Positions 11,767 through 24,947 are shown, counted from the first letter of the stretch. The stretch: DNA of 64,000 bases from Eledone cirrhosa (GCA_964016885.1 OZ024747.1:85312001-85376000); one strand, 5' to 3'. The notes: a model not told the origin generated them from the letters alone. Numbers and translations are program-made.

Positions 11767-12489
11767 GATAATTCAGTGTTTCCGAAACAAATACAGAAAC
11801 ACACCCACCCACCCACACACACATACACACACATACATATATACATATAAGTTACACGCTATACTACATACACACCATATGATTTCTCCCATAAACATAC
11901 ACACTCACACACATGATCGTACACATAAAAATACACCACCCCCACTCCCATATGCACGATTGCACACATCCCCCACACAAACACACACATACACACTATA
12001 TTACTACACCACATCAAACACACACGATTGCATGCTCACTCACACATACACACAGCATATCATTACACCACAACACACCACACCAGTATACTGGGTTGGA
12101 ATTCGTGAGGTGGGGGGGTACCTTGAATAATATTTGGTTAGAAGTTAGTGGTGGGGGGTGGGGGTGGACGTGGGGGGGGGGGGGGGTTGCGGTCGTGGTG
12201 GTGGTGGTGGCGGTGGTAGTAGCGGTGGCGGCGGTGGTGGTGGTGGTGGGATTTCCGTGAGTCATCCACCGCAGAAACAATTTCTACGAGATAGTTCTAC
12301 CAACATTAAACTGTGTTAAACATTCGTTATAAATAAAAGAGTTGCTATGTACCAGTTATATAAGGAGGCGGTGTCGGAGATAAGGTGGAAATCGTTTTTG
12401 TTTTCGAAATAATTTCTTTAAATTATTATCTAACACCATTAAGGGACCCTAATTCTTTTTACCTAGTTTTATAGTTAGAAATTATTACT

Positions 12490-12988
12490 TTGATTGTTCT
12501 GAGTTCAAATCCTGTCGAGGTTAGCTTTGCCTTTCATTGTAACGGGGTCGATAAAATAATGTACCAGTAACGCACTGGGGCCGATTTAGTCGACTTTCCC
12601 TTTCCTTTCAAATTGCTGGCCTTGTGCGAAATGTAGAAATAATTATTATTGATTGTTTGGACAATAATTACTGGATCCTCTACTGCCTCTCGAGTCTCAA
12701 CAAGTATCTTTGACAAACAATACCTTCCTTAATACATCTGTAGTGCCAAACACAGCAGTCTTTTGTTGGAGATCTATTTGCACAAAATGCTCTTTTAGTT
12801 TTAAAATAATACAGTAAAATAATAATTGTTTCTACTTTTGGCACAAGACCAGAAATTAACCAGTGCATTACTGGTACTTTATTATATCGACCCCGTAAGG
12901 ATGAAAGGCAAAGTTAACCTTAGCGGGATTTGAACTCAGAATGGCAAGGGCCGTAACTCTATGCGTCAAAGCATGGTGTCCGACCCTC
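12490..12988. mobile_element. Two SINE family 1 copies in opposite orientation (12490-12650 +; 12821-12988 -)
   Basis: Core matches in both. Confidence 0.85.
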
Positions 12989-13360
12989 AATGAAAATTAT
13001 TGTGTACAGTGCTCAGGTGGACTACAACTCATCAAAGGTGTATGTATAGTAGATAGAATAAAAAGCAAATGTCAGGAAAGTGAAGTGCATGAGTCATGAT
13101 ATACACACAGACACATGCGTGTGTGTGTATGGAGGGGGGGGGGGGGGGGTAACAGGTGTAGTGTTTGCGAATTTCGGGAGCATGGAAGTTTTGAAGGTTG
13201 CAGTGTCCCGACAGTTAACAACTGATGTAGGTAGTTTGTTCCTTGCTTCAGTGATATCGAATACAAAGCTCCGATGACATTTGGAATAATCTTGATGTTA
13301 TTGGGTGGCATTGACCATATTCGTGGAAGTTTGATATTTATTATTATTATTAGTTAGTTC

Positions 13361-13668
13361 CACCTTTCATCCTTACTGGGTCGATAAAATAAAGTCCCAT
13401 TGACACCCTGGGGTCGGATTAATTAACTTCCCCTACCCCAAATTGTTGGTCTTGTGCCTAAATCAGAAACCATTATTATTATTGGCAGTATCGGTAGAGG
13501 GTTGGACGCCATGCTTTCTAGCATAGTTACGTCCCTTGACAGTCTGAGTTCAAATCCCGCCGCGGTTAACTTTTCCTTTCATCCTTACGGGGTCGATAAA
13601 ATAAAGTACCAGTAATGTACTGGGTAATTGCTGGCCTTGTGCCTAAAGTAGAAACAATTATTATTATT
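13361..13668 (+). mobile_element. Two tandem SINE family 1 copies (13361-13480; 13482-13668)
   Basis: Core matches; the second has A and B boxes. Confidence 0.87.
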
Positions 13669-14299
13669 ATTCAATCAACTGAGACTATCCTTGTAATTTC
13701 AAGACCGAAACTCCATTTAGTTAGCGGTGATCATATCATAAGAAGTAAACCAGTTGGACCAAGTCTTTTGGAACAATTTTATAGAATGCGGTGTGGGTGG
13801 ATCTTTTTTATAAGCCAGTTCTGTGAAAGTAACGGAAGTGTTTTGATCTTATTAGATCTTCTCAGCGAAGCATATTTACCAAGTAAGTTGACTAAACTTG
13901 AAGTATGGTAAATAAATTATGCAAACACGAGGGACTACACCATAGTTTCCGTCTGCCAAAAAGTATTGGTTAACAAGAGGCTATGATAGAATACATTTAC
14001 ACAAAGAATCGCGAAAAACGTGGTCTCTAGCCGAACATCTCAAAATGGTAGCCATACTTTCGCCATAACCGTAGATGGTAGTTAAAGTGGAGCCCTCAAT
14101 TTTTGCTCGCAATATAACAATACCATAATTTCTCTTTCTGAAAGACGCCACATTCCCAAGGCTTAACTCAATCACTTAATATTCTCCAAGATTTTGTTTC
14201 CATAGTTACAGCCCACCACTCCAAACATCCACCTATTTCTATTGTCACATGACTACCCATGTCACTATTTAGTCCCTAGGGGACTTTGTCTGCTTCGCC

Positions 14300-14400
14300 T
14301 TATAACTGCTATTGTTGTAAATTGCTGTTATTATGGTTATGGTTGTTGCTGTTGTTGTATTATTGTAATTGTTGTGGTTGATGTGGTTGTTGTTGTTGTA

Positions 14401-14466
<66 letters not shown>

Positions 14467-14625
14467 TTTTATGGTTGTTGTCATTGTTATAATTTCTGTT
14501 GTAGTTGTTGCTGTTGTTGTTACAATTTCTACTGTGATTGTTGCAAGTTGTCCATGCTACTGCTCCTACTGCTGCTGCTACTACTGCTGCTGCTGCTTTT
14601 GTTGTGGTTGTTGTTGTTTGTTGGT
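14300..14625. repeat. (TTG)n/(CTG)n trinucleotide tract
   Basis: Direct reading. Confidence 0.95.
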
Positions 14626-15014
14626 GTCAAAAAAGATAAGAGATCAAACACATCCTGGATAGGACCCCAAGGAATTTCTACGAGTTGGGGCTTCAGCTCT
14701 GATGTATTTATTTGGCTCGAAGCAGATAACAGATAAATCTCTCTGCGGGAAATAGCTAAAGTGTTTTTCTTTTCTTAGTTCTTCGTTTATACATTCGTTT
14801 GGCAACATTTTTTGCGTGAAAAAAAAACAGAGAGAAAAATGGAGTAAAGGTGGATATAGTAGAAACATAAGAAGGTATCAGACTATGACAAAAGGACTTT
14901 AACAATTAATTAGTTAATTGGCGAATTAATTAACGAATTTAATAAGACTCAAGTAAAATACAACAGTGCGTGCGTTTTTGACCCTCCCCTAAATGTGTGT
15001 GAGTGTGACAGCTC

Positions 15015-15250
15015 ACACCTATGCAGGTTTAGCTGGCCTCCTCCAAGGTATATCTCGTTGGAGGTGTCTTGGGTGATTTAATGATAGGGCCCCCCAGTTC
15101 TATCATCATATTTCTACAGCTGAGTAATCTGGAGCAACGTGAAATAAAGTGTCTTGCTCAAGGAAACAACACATCACCCGGTCCGAGAATTGAACTCACA
15201 ACCTTTCGATTGCAAGCCCAATGCTCTAACCACTAAGCCATGTACCTTCC
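15015..15250 (-). mobile_element. SINE family 2-related copy
   Basis: Reverse complement shows a TGGCTTAGTGGTTAG A box, GAGTTCAATTC B box and CCTTGAGCAAGACACTTTATTTCACGTTGCTCCAG. Confidence 0.78.
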
Positions 15251-15431
15251 CTAAATACAACAGCTTCTTAATTTTTCTTTATTTATAGGAACATTAAACA
15301 TAATCCCAATCCGTCTCTTAAATGTGAAAGCGCGAGGTCGAGTGGTTGTAGTGTTGAGTTCACAATCAAAGTTGTGAGTTCGATTTACGTAATCATAGAA
15401 GATGTATCAATTTTCTTACAATATAGCTACA

Positions 15432-15910
15432 GTGGAGGCGCGTGGCTGAGTGGTAAGAGAATTAGATTCACAATCGTGTGGTTGTGTGTTCGATTCCTGC
15501 GTTATGTCCTTGAGCAAGTCACTTTATTTCACGTTGTTCCTTCTACCTGGAGTTGCGACCGATAGATAGTATTAGCAATTGGAAAGACCAACGGAAACAT
15601 TGTTTCCACGGTCCGATTTGCCGAAAGTCGATCGACTGTCGATAGCTACAGTGTTTCAGCAAAGCGTGGGTTCGCTGAGGTTTATCAGAGAACAAGTACC
15701 CAGTTGATGAAGTGAGTCGGATGGACTATACTTGTAATTCGAAGGGCTAGTCTTGTTCTTACACATGGTGTCATGCTGAATATCCTTGAAGATTACGTTA
15801 AGTGTACACGTGTCTGTGGACTGGTCAATTACTTACGCGTTAATTTTACGACCAGGATTTTTCCTTGATCGAACTGAAACACTCCTCGTCGATAAACGAA
15901 GGAGTACCAT
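15432..15910 (+). mobile_element. SINE family 2, diverged, with internal insert
   Basis: GGCGCGTGGCTGAGTGGT head, GTTCGATTCC, GTCCTTGAGCAAGTCACTTTATTTC; 3' half resembles 7480-7660. Confidence 0.72.
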
Positions 15911-16151
15911 TGTTGTAATTGTGTAGAATGTTTATGACAAACAAAATCTCATATGATTCACTATTACAAAAGTGTGCCCCAGCTTATTCTTAGTACTGCA
16001 TATGATATCTAGAAGTACGTAATCCGGCGTGAGTTATAAAGCGTGAGTTTAGGGAGATTTGGCTGGTATTTCTAACAGAGCTGGCGAATTTGTAGAGGCT
16101 TCCTCGTCCTCGCTGCATTAACTCAACCACAGCCACCACCAACACTACTTC

Positions 16152-16187
<36 letters not shown>

Positions 16188-16317
16188 CACCAACTTGTTC
16201 ATTACCTAGAGAGTTAACTAGACATATATACCGCCCTCTTCCGGTAGGACAGTAAGTCCAGTTGTCAGGTGACATGTCTATACTGCATTGCACGTGTTGG
16301 CTTTTTTCTCTCTGACT

Positions 16318-16430
<113 letters not shown>

Positions 16431-16449
16431 ATCAAAAGATGGTTAAAAG

Positions 16450-16512
16450 AGTTCCATGCGCATTTCAAAAACAAATATCATCATGGGATGATATTTACGT
16501 TCTCATCAGATA
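16450..16512 (-). ncRNA. Degenerate minimal hammerhead ribozyme (sequence type D)
   Basis: Minus strand reads CTGATGA-GAACGTAAATATCATC-CCAT-GATGATATTTGTTTTT-GAAA-TGCGCA-TG: core, long stem II and palindromic stem III; cleavage base and stem I are decayed. Confidence 0.5.
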
Positions 16513-16545
16513 AAATAGGGAGACATGATATGAAGCTTAAAAAAC

Positions 16546-16848
16546 ACTTGCGAGCAGTGAAGTATTAAATCAACATATGAAAAATAAAGTAAGATGGATA
16601 TATGAGATTGGGAAAAAAAGGAGGAGGGGGGAAGGAAAAGGTAAGGAAGAGGAAGAAAGAAAATAAAGGATGACGTGTATAGGTGTGTGTTTGAGTGTAT
16701 CCTCACATATATACACGCATACATCCTTTATTTTCTTTCTTCCTCTTCCTTACCTTTTCCTTCCCCCCTCCTCCTTTTTTTCCCAATCTCATATATCTAT
16801 CTTACTTTATTTTTCATATGTTGATTTAATACTTCACTGCTCGCAAGT
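16546..16848. repeat. Long inverted repeat (arms about 127 bp, spacer about 49 bp)
   Basis: 16546-16672 is the near-perfect reverse complement of 16722-16848; ORFs 16506..16724 (-) and 16670..16999 (+) share the same peptide. Confidence 0.93.
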
Positions 16849-17099
16849 CTCTACGAAGAGATCCCGTTTCCTTACAAGACCTTACACCACCACCCACCAC
16901 ACTCTACAGGGTCGTGGACTCGACCCTCCTCTCCCTCACTATGCAATAAAAAGGAAAACACACAACACTCCTGACAGCCCACACAGTCAGCTAACATAAC
17001 TCTTGAAGCCCTGTGCTGCATGAAACTGCGTTAGTAAATCCAACGATCTGTCCATTAGTAAAGACTCTATAAACATTTGAATTAACAAAATATTACAGG

Positions 17100-17425
17100 A
17101 GGTTTGTGGTCAAGCCCGTAGCGGTGGAGACCTCTGGTGTCCTTGGCCTTAGGGCCAGCTCCCTACTCATCACCATCAGCACAGATTTGGTTACCCGCAA
17201 GTGTGAACCTCGCAGGTTGGAATGGCTCTTCCAGCGCGTCTCCCTCATCATCCTCTGGGGAAACACCTTCTCTGTTCTGGCCGTGAGGCCCCGGAGCGGC
17301 CAGCGTGTGGGCCCCCATTTGCTCATAATAGTAAGAGATGGGGAGAGCGAGAAATATGGAGGCAGTGACAGTGGGAGTTTGGTTCCTTTGTGTTGAGACC
17401 TGATGTACATGTGTATGTTTCCCGG
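17100..17425 (+). mobile_element. 3' end of CRE-like REL non-LTR element
   Basis: PVAVETSGVLG...EWLFQRVSLIILWGN motif typical of the C-terminus of CRE-type elements; relatives at 28285, 57455 and 61280. Confidence 0.75.
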
Positions 17426-18038
17426 ACCCACACTCACAATTAGATCGATAAGAGTCTATTAAGAGCTAACATAACCACTACATCTAATAGCCAGAGTTTG
17501 AGTCTAGGTAGTTAGTGTCTTAGGTTAGCTCTACGATGTATTTAATTATATAAATATGTATAAAAATGTAATGTACCTCACTGAGGCGGCTGCCTAGCTG
17601 GCCTAATAGTAGTGTTGGCCCTGTTAATAGTAAGCAGACAATACAATACAGACAACACAGCTAACAATAAATTCATCCAACACAACAGCCAGATATTTCC
17701 ATTGTCCGACATGACATCTACTCAAAGAAAGCTGATATAACAATCGTATGAACAGGTGTTAAAGTATTTTACTATTCCATGCCGAAACCTGTGATGTCCC
17801 CCCTGCTGTGTCTAATGAATTAACTTCTCTCGGCTTCCTTTCGTTTCAGCAACATCCACATTCCTCCTTTTGATCATTCTATTGACCTTCCCAGGCGATT
17901 ATTTATGATGACCTTACAGTAAGTGAACTAGTCCTTCTCTTCCTTTTAGTTCCCAGTGCAGCGGGGAAAATTTCTCATTGGTTCACTCATCTCCCTCCAT
18001 CTCTGAACCCCTATTTCTTTTTCTAACTCTCCCACTCC

Positions 18039-18111
<73 letters not shown>

Positions 18112-18262
18112 CCCCTCTCTCTTCTGTGTACCAAGAGACCTTCAAAATGTTTCAGACAAAACTTATTTTTTGCTTCTTTATTAAGGAGACAATGAGAAAA
18201 TAGGAAACGCAAACACGCCTTAACCCTTTTGATAACAAACAGAACCTGGTTCTATAATAATA

Positions 18263-18865
18263 AATAATTGTTTCTACTTTTGGCACAAGGCCAGCAATTA
18301 ATCCAGTGTATTACTGGTACTTTATTTTATCGACCCCGTAAGGATGAAAAGCAAAGTTAACCTTAGCGGCATTTGAACTCAGACCATATAGGGCCGTAAC
18401 TCTTTACTGCTAAGCATGGCGTCTGACCCTCTACCGATACTGTCAATCCACCACCTTATAATAATAAATAATTGTTTCTACTTTCGGCACAAGGCCAGCA
18501 ATTACCCAGTGTATTACTGGTACTTTATGTTATCGACCCCGTAAAGGATGAAAGGCAAAGTTAACCTCGGCGGGATTTGAACTCAGAATGGCAAGGGCCG
18601 TAACTCTTTGCTGAAAAGCATGGCGTCCGACCCTCTACCAATACTGCCAATCTAATGATCTCTAATTAAGGCACGGTACCGGCAAATTTATGGGATTGAC
18701 AAAATTGGCTGTACCGACCCCAATACTTGACTGGTACTTTATTTTATCGACCCTGAAAGGAAGAAAGGCAAAGTTAACCAGGCGGGATTTGAAGTCAAAA
18801 TGTTAAGAGCCAGAACAAATACCGCAATGGCATTTTATCCGAAGCTCTAACAATTCTGCCAATAT
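18263..18865 (-). mobile_element. Three tandem SINE family 1 copies (18263-18455, 18467-18652, 18655-18865 diverged)
   Basis: Three successive core matches; TATAATAATAAATAAT duplicated around the first. Confidence 0.9.
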
Positions 18866-18930
18866 TATTATTATTATCATCATCATCATCATCCTCCTCC
18901 ACCTCCTTCTCCTCATTCTCCTCCTCCACC

Positions 18931-18961
<31 letters not shown>

Positions 18962-19016
18962 TCTTCTTCTTCTTCTTCTTCTTCTTCTTCTTCTTCTTCT
19001 TCTTCTTCTTCTTCTT

Positions 19017-19935
19017 CGCCCACTTATACTTGGGAGGGTCATGGGGGGGGGGGGGGGGGGGAATCCTCAAACACGCCTTCCAAAGACTATTATCAGAAGT
19101 GACCGTCTGCAATTGATCCAGCTTGATCCTCAAGCGAGACCAGCCAAGTTCATAGATGTTATCCAACCACCATGCTCAGGGGTTACGCCTAAGTCTCCTG
19201 CCGGTTGGTTTTTCGCGTAAAATCTGTCCAGCGATTCTTTCCTGAGACATTCTAAGTAAATACCCATAGTATCGGAGCTGTGATCGCTCAATTCAGAGAA
19301 GTAGAGGCTCTACCTAGAGCGACCCTCTGATCTCCGAGCTCTACACTCTATCGAGTAACGTTACTCAAAAGACCCTTCGGAGGAACCGCATTTTGGCCGC
19401 TTGTATTCGCGATCGTATTCTTTCGGTCATTACTCAAGATTCATGACCATAAGTAAGGGTTGGCACAAATACCGACTTTAAGATACCGAGTTTGGCTTTT
19501 ACGCCTACCTCCCTGATGACGGAATGCCGAAGCTGGTACATTATTACAACAGCTCCCGAGGGCGGTGGATTGGCAGTATCGGTAGAGAGTCGGACACCAT
19601 GCTTTGCAGCATAGAGTTACGATCCTTTATGGTCTGAGTTCAAATCCTGCCGAGGTTAACTTTGTCTTTCATCCTTACGGGGGTCGATAAAATAAAGTAC
19701 CAGTAATGCACTGGGTAATTTGCTGGTCTTGTGCCAAAAGTAGAAACAATTATTACAACAGCCTCAGCAATTCTTGACTTAATTCAGCCTTCTGCCTTCC
19801 ATTACTTGTGAACACGGCACCGAGATACTTGAAGTTCTCTATCTGCTTCAGTGGAACTCCATTCACATGTAGAGTGCACTGAGCAGGCTTCCTTGAGAGG
19901 ACGAGTGTCTCAGTCTTCGCAGCACTGATTTTCAT
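19017..19935 (-). mobile_element. RTE-clade LINE 3' fragment with (GAA)n tail, interrupted by a SINE
   Basis: KTETLVLSRK...VPLKQIENFKYLG RT C-terminal motif; sequence matches 34215-34750 and 36735-37140. Confidence 0.82.
19561..19755 (+). mobile_element. SINE family 1, full length, nested in RTE
   Basis: Head, B box, core and tail present; TTATTACAACAGC repeated near both ends. Confidence 0.92.
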
Positions 19936-19990
19936 ATATTGCATATAAACGTATTATATGTTTAAATATGTCTTACATACACTTACATAC

Positions 19991-20043
<53 letters not shown>

Positions 20044-20217
20044 CTATATATATGGGGGGAGGGGGGTATGGGTGTGTGTATCTGAATAATAATGGCGGCA
20101 GTTTCTCTTAATATAAAATGAGAAACCGATACTCTTTTGCTGAATTCACTTGAAAGAGCTTTTCAGCTGTTTCCTGCTTAGCACATTAAGTACGCTTGTA
20201 AACACATACACATACAT

Positions 20218-20270
<53 letters not shown>

Positions 20271-20485
20271 CAGGTGTATATGTGTGCGAGTGTGTGTGTG
20301 TGTACGCGCGAGTGTCGTATTTGAGCATTTTAAGGTAAATTTAATATAGGTATAAACTAGTTTGTGAACTAGAGGACTTCCATGTGTGGACAATTTATTG
20401 CAAACTCTTCAACTGTTTCTATGTTCACAGATATTTTCTTTGGGCATTTCGGAGATTGTTTGTCATATCACCAATATATAATTTA

Positions 20486-20654
20486 CCGTATTTCCCGGCG
20501 TCGAAGACGCTACTTTTTTCCTAAAATAAGTCTCAAAAATCTACCACGCGTCCTGGAGGCCGAAGGTTGTTTATTATTTTTTTGGCAAATTTTTGGTTGT
20601 TAAAATTAGAGTGCGTCCTCGAGGACGAAGCGTCTTCGACGCCGAGAAATACGG
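20486..20654. mobile_element. Tc1/mariner-pogo-type MITE
   Basis: TIRs CCGTATTTCCCGGCGTCGAAGACGC / GCGTCTTCGACGCCGAGAAATACGG, flanked by TA on both sides. Confidence 0.9.
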
Positions 20655-21262
20655 TACTCTTAGGATACTATATGGAGAAGAATAGATGAGAGTGTTTACA
20701 CTTCATTCTTTTCATGGCAAAGACTGCTAATTCAAAGACTGTAGTTATATCTACATTAAATTTATCCAATACACGCTGTGTTCTAGCGTAGATATTTATT
20801 ATACTAGAATTGTTTTCCATACGTTGACGCGTATGTGAATATGTGTGTGCATGTGTGTATGTGCATATGCATACATTTATATGTATATGTATATGTATAT
20901 AAATATAAACGTGCAAATACAGACACGCTTCCCCTTCCTTCCTTTTGCACACACATACATTCATGCAGGCAGCAGATGTAAAGAGAGAGAGGAGTAGTAT
21001 GAGGTAGTCAAACTACTCCTCTCTCTTAACGTGTTGTGATAGAACCGCAGAAATTTATATATAGATAATGAATCACGTTGCCAAACGTATGCACGTCACG
21101 CGAATTATATAATTGTCCACGCCATTAATCCAGTACTGTCCTGATGAGAGTCTACAACTGACCTAAGACCACCTAATTACTGTTATATGTTGTGGTGGTT
21201 GATGAATGCAACTGTGAGAAAAATGTCTTCACCAGCCGCGCTTGAAAGTCACCACATCATTC

Positions 21263-21454
21263 TAATAATTGTTTCTACTTTTGGCTCAAGGCCAGTAATT
21301 ACCCCAGTGCATTACTGGTACTTTATTTTATCGATCCAGTATGGATGAAAGGCAAAGTTAACCTCGGCGGGATTTGAACTCAGAATGGCAAGGGCCGTAA
21401 ATCTATGCGTCAAAGCATGGCGTCCGACCCTCTACCGATACTGCCAATTCACCG
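21263..21454 (-). mobile_element. SINE family 1
   Basis: Near full-length consensus match. Confidence 0.9.
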
Positions 21455-21868
21455 TTAATGTCATTGTTGCTTTGCTTAAAATTTGGCTGCTATATCTAGT
21501 ATATCATTCGGCTACAGGTAGTCTCACTCATAGATAACTTACTGCTTCTGGTGTTTTTCTAACATGCTGCTATTTCTAACATGTCATGTGACCACATGTG
21601 TTAATTTTGCTGACAGTTTCAGAAAACGTTCTAATTAACCAGAAAGGAGTGGGTTTAATGACCCTTGAAAACAAGGTGTAAACATTTCCCCTTTGATATA
21701 AGAGGAAGTAAAAAAAAGTATATTCTTCCGCTGTGCAGTGGATTGTGGGATACTGTGTAAAGGTCAATGTACCCCATATGCTAATGACTTGTCTTTTGTA
21801 CTGGAGGTGGAATATTACCAATAAGAAGTATTTGGATGCCTGTGTGACAGAGTGCATATGTTTGTGGG

Positions 21869-21960
<92 letters not shown>

Positions 21961-21965
21961 AAAAA

Positions 21966-22016
21966 GTATGACCCCGACGGCTGAGCTCAAGCCGTTTCGA
22001 CGTCTATTTCTGGACT
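21966..22016 (-). ncRNA. 3' half of hammerhead sequence type B (Penelope-type pLTR fragment)
   Basis: Minus strand GTC-GAAA-CGGCT-TGAGCTC-AGCCG-TC-GGGGT, between (TA)n tracts; same module at 40515-40710 and 41738-41876. Confidence 0.55.
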
Positions 22017-22162
22017 ATATATATACATATATATTCTTTTACTCTTTTACCTGTTCCACCCATCCAGCTGAGGCCATGCTGCGGCACCGCTCGGGTTCAA
22101 TCGGAGGTAACCACAGTAAGTAAGGTACTCAATACATAGCAGAGTATAAATATTTAATACAG

Positions 22163-22263
22163 AAATGGCTTCTACAGAACTAGAACTGTTTCATTCGGGA
22201 GATATCATCAGGGCTTTCCTGGTGATTTCTTCCGAATGAAACAGTTCTAGTCCTGTAAAAGCC

Positions 22264-22267
<4 letters not shown>
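22163..22267. ncRNA. Inverted pair of hammerhead motifs (sequence type A)
   Basis: Plus copy GGCTTTC-CTGGTGA-TTTCTTCCGAAT-GAAA-CAG-TTCTAGTC-CTG-TA-AAAGCC (core A6 mutated); minus copy keeps CTGATGA but lacks a good stem I. Confidence 0.7.
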
Positions 22268-22309
<42 letters not shown>

Positions 22310-22319
22310 CGGCGATGAA

Positions 22320-22552
22320 TTAGTTTTGCGAGGTTTTTGATATGAAATCGTGTGTCGAAACAAATATTGTTATACTTGGGGAGGGTCATATTTGTGTAAT
22401 ATTGCCAGAATTAATAACAGAACATACTCACTGTTTGGTTGGTTTTCGCTTCTGTGTCTTTTATATCGGTAATCTAATTTATTCGGTCCTCAATGTTGCC
22501 ATTGACTGACCAACGGTCAAACATAATACAGATACAATATAGACATATATAT
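22320..22552 (-). mobile_element. Solo pseudo-LTR fragment of the Naiad-type Penelope family
   Basis: Similar to the reverse complement of 45105-45340; flanked by (TA)n. Confidence 0.85.
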
Positions 22553-22845
22553 ATTATATTATAACATTAAATCATAAATTTTTTAACACTACAAGTGAAG
22601 TCATTCCTTTCCTTTTTTTTCAAATACATATATATATATAACAAAGAGGGTGTGGTAAGGAACCAGGTGGACTATAACGCACCAGAGTACTCAATACTTA
22701 GGGTAGTAGAGTGGGTAATAGGAAAAGAGACAGGACCCCATTGACTCGTCTCCGTGACAGACAAGAAAACAACAAACTTTTAGGATATTTTGCTTCGATA
22801 TTATTGCTTTTTTTTGCTTTGACTGTATGCCCGTATATGGACTGT

Positions 22846-22941
22846 ACCCCTTGATAATGTTAGCTAGATTCCGGCCGTTCTAATAGTAGTGGCTTAGTTC
22901 GGATCTAGCTGTCGAAACGGCCGGAGCGCAACCGTCGGGGT
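22846..22941 (+). ncRNA. Degenerate type I hammerhead with long stem II (type B relative)
   Basis: ACCCC / GGGGT stem I; core TTGATAA (two transitions from CTGATGA); stem II AGCTAGAT(T)CCG...CGGATCTAGCT; GAAA-CGG...CCG-TC. Confidence 0.6.
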
Positions 22942-22949
22942 CCTGACTC

Positions 22950-23119
<170 letters not shown>

Positions 23120-23652
23120 AGTTAATATAAATTAATATATGATAAACACTTACGTGTTTTTATTGTAATTGACAATAAAATAGCTAGAATGAAATATCTT
23201 AATTCAAATACATATAGTCTGCCTGTATCGATCTAAAAAATAATAAATCAATACTCACAAACACATATCGGCAAAAGGCCTTGGTACCTAGACAAGTTTA
23301 AATTTCAAAATTCAAATTTTTTCCGCAGATCAGTCCGAACTTCAAAATGTAAACATGTTTCACAAAGGATGGTATAATAGTGAAATAATTAATTAAGATA
23401 TATATATATTGTTTCCTCCTATCTTTCCGTTGCTATACCATTTTTGTTTGTTTACTTGTCTCGCTCGCTTTACGCGATATTACTTGTCCCAATAGCTTTA
23501 TTTAGCTATTGCTCGAACCAACTGGAGGTATATGATTTTCAAAGCGATGAAATACCAATGAAGGTTGGAAAATCACTGATGAAGGACTAATTTTTTTCAT
23601 ATGTAACCCATGTGCAACCACGCAGCACTCAATTCTTCTCATATTTATATAA

Positions 23653-23695
<43 letters not shown>

Positions 23696-23696
23696 T

Positions 23697-24070
23697 ATTT
23701 CTTTATTAGCCACAGGGGCACAAAAGAAGGGGACAAATACAAAGGAGGAAGTTTACATACAATAAAAACGTGTAAAATGTTATCACAAATGCAATTTAAA
23801 AAATTAGTCGATTTTCTCCAATAGTTCATATGGGTAACACATACCCCGAAAAAATATGCAACCCTCATCTCCAGGAATACGAAGAGTTTGTACTCCTTTC
23901 CTCTCCTCCTCCTTTTCCTCAACCTACAGGCTGATATAGAGAGAAGGCCCATTCACTCGGGCCATTCTCGCCACTTTCACCCACCTTTCATAAAACTTGC
24001 TGGGGTACAGCACCTCTCTCTCCATCTTGATACTTCTTCCAAAGTGGTATTTGAAAAAAAGAATCAGTTG
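23697..24070 (-). mobile_element. 3' end of a Tx1/L1-like LINE inside (GATA)n
   Basis: Minus strand reads FFKYHFGRSIKMEREVLYPSKFYERWVKVARM, then a 3' UTR ending AATAAAGAAA; the same terminus is at 33425-33513; (GATA)n on both flanks. Confidence 0.6.
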
Positions 24071-24071
24071 T

Positions 24072-24114
<43 letters not shown>

Positions 24115-24196
24115 CTATGACTCTGAATTTGCGTTTCGCTTTTTCTACTCGCCGAAATGCGATTCTCGCTGAATTTATATATATATATATATATAT

Positions 24197-24915
24197 AATG
24201 GCGGACTGGGTCGAAAATTATTGGTTGCCAGAAGATGAAGGGGCCCACCTACATATAGAATTTTATCATTTAATTTTTATGATGAATAAATAGTATTTTC
24301 GAAAAACACATAAGTGGAAACAAAACAGTGCAATAAAATTTTTGCGGAAAAAATATCTTACCTTCTCCACTAAAAAATATGTATTTTGCGAAATCCAGAG
24401 ACTTTCAATAATGACCAGAAGTCGACCCTAAATATTACTAATAGCTCTAGGAAAGCCATGAACGACACCACATCTTTTTAACTGTGATTTTGAAAGTAGG
24501 TTTATAATTATCAATTTTCATTATACGTGTGTAGCTGTCTCAGTGGCCTAGTTGGAGGAGTCACAGACGGTGGTGATCCTGGTCTGAAGTTCGATCCTGG
24601 TCGGGAGTAGGGTTCCCGGTAAAACTTTTCAGTTTTTTCTATTGGTTGTAAAATAAAAACTGAAAAATGTTACATGTACCTCTTGACCAGGATTGAACCC
24701 AAGGTCAGGATCTCCACCCTCTCTAGTACCTACCACTAGGCCACAGAGACAACTATGAAAATCTTATAAAAATTCATATTTTTAAACCTACTTTCAAAAT
24801 TTTCAAAACAAAGTGTTGTGGTGTCGTTCATGTCTTTCTTAATGATATTGTTCCTACTTAAGGTCGACTTTCAATAATGACCTTTGGTCTTTTACACTCA
24901 CTCAATATATATATA

Positions 24916-24947
<32 letters not shown>

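Noticed and set aside
16995-17040. ACT-CTTGAAG...GAAAC-TGC-GTT-AGT as an extra hammerhead
   Set aside because: Core and stem II too degenerate to support a call.
21141-21180. CTGATGA as a hammerhead core (also CTGANGA at 23577, 35945 and 54908 minus)
   Set aside because: No properly placed GAAA with stems I-III.
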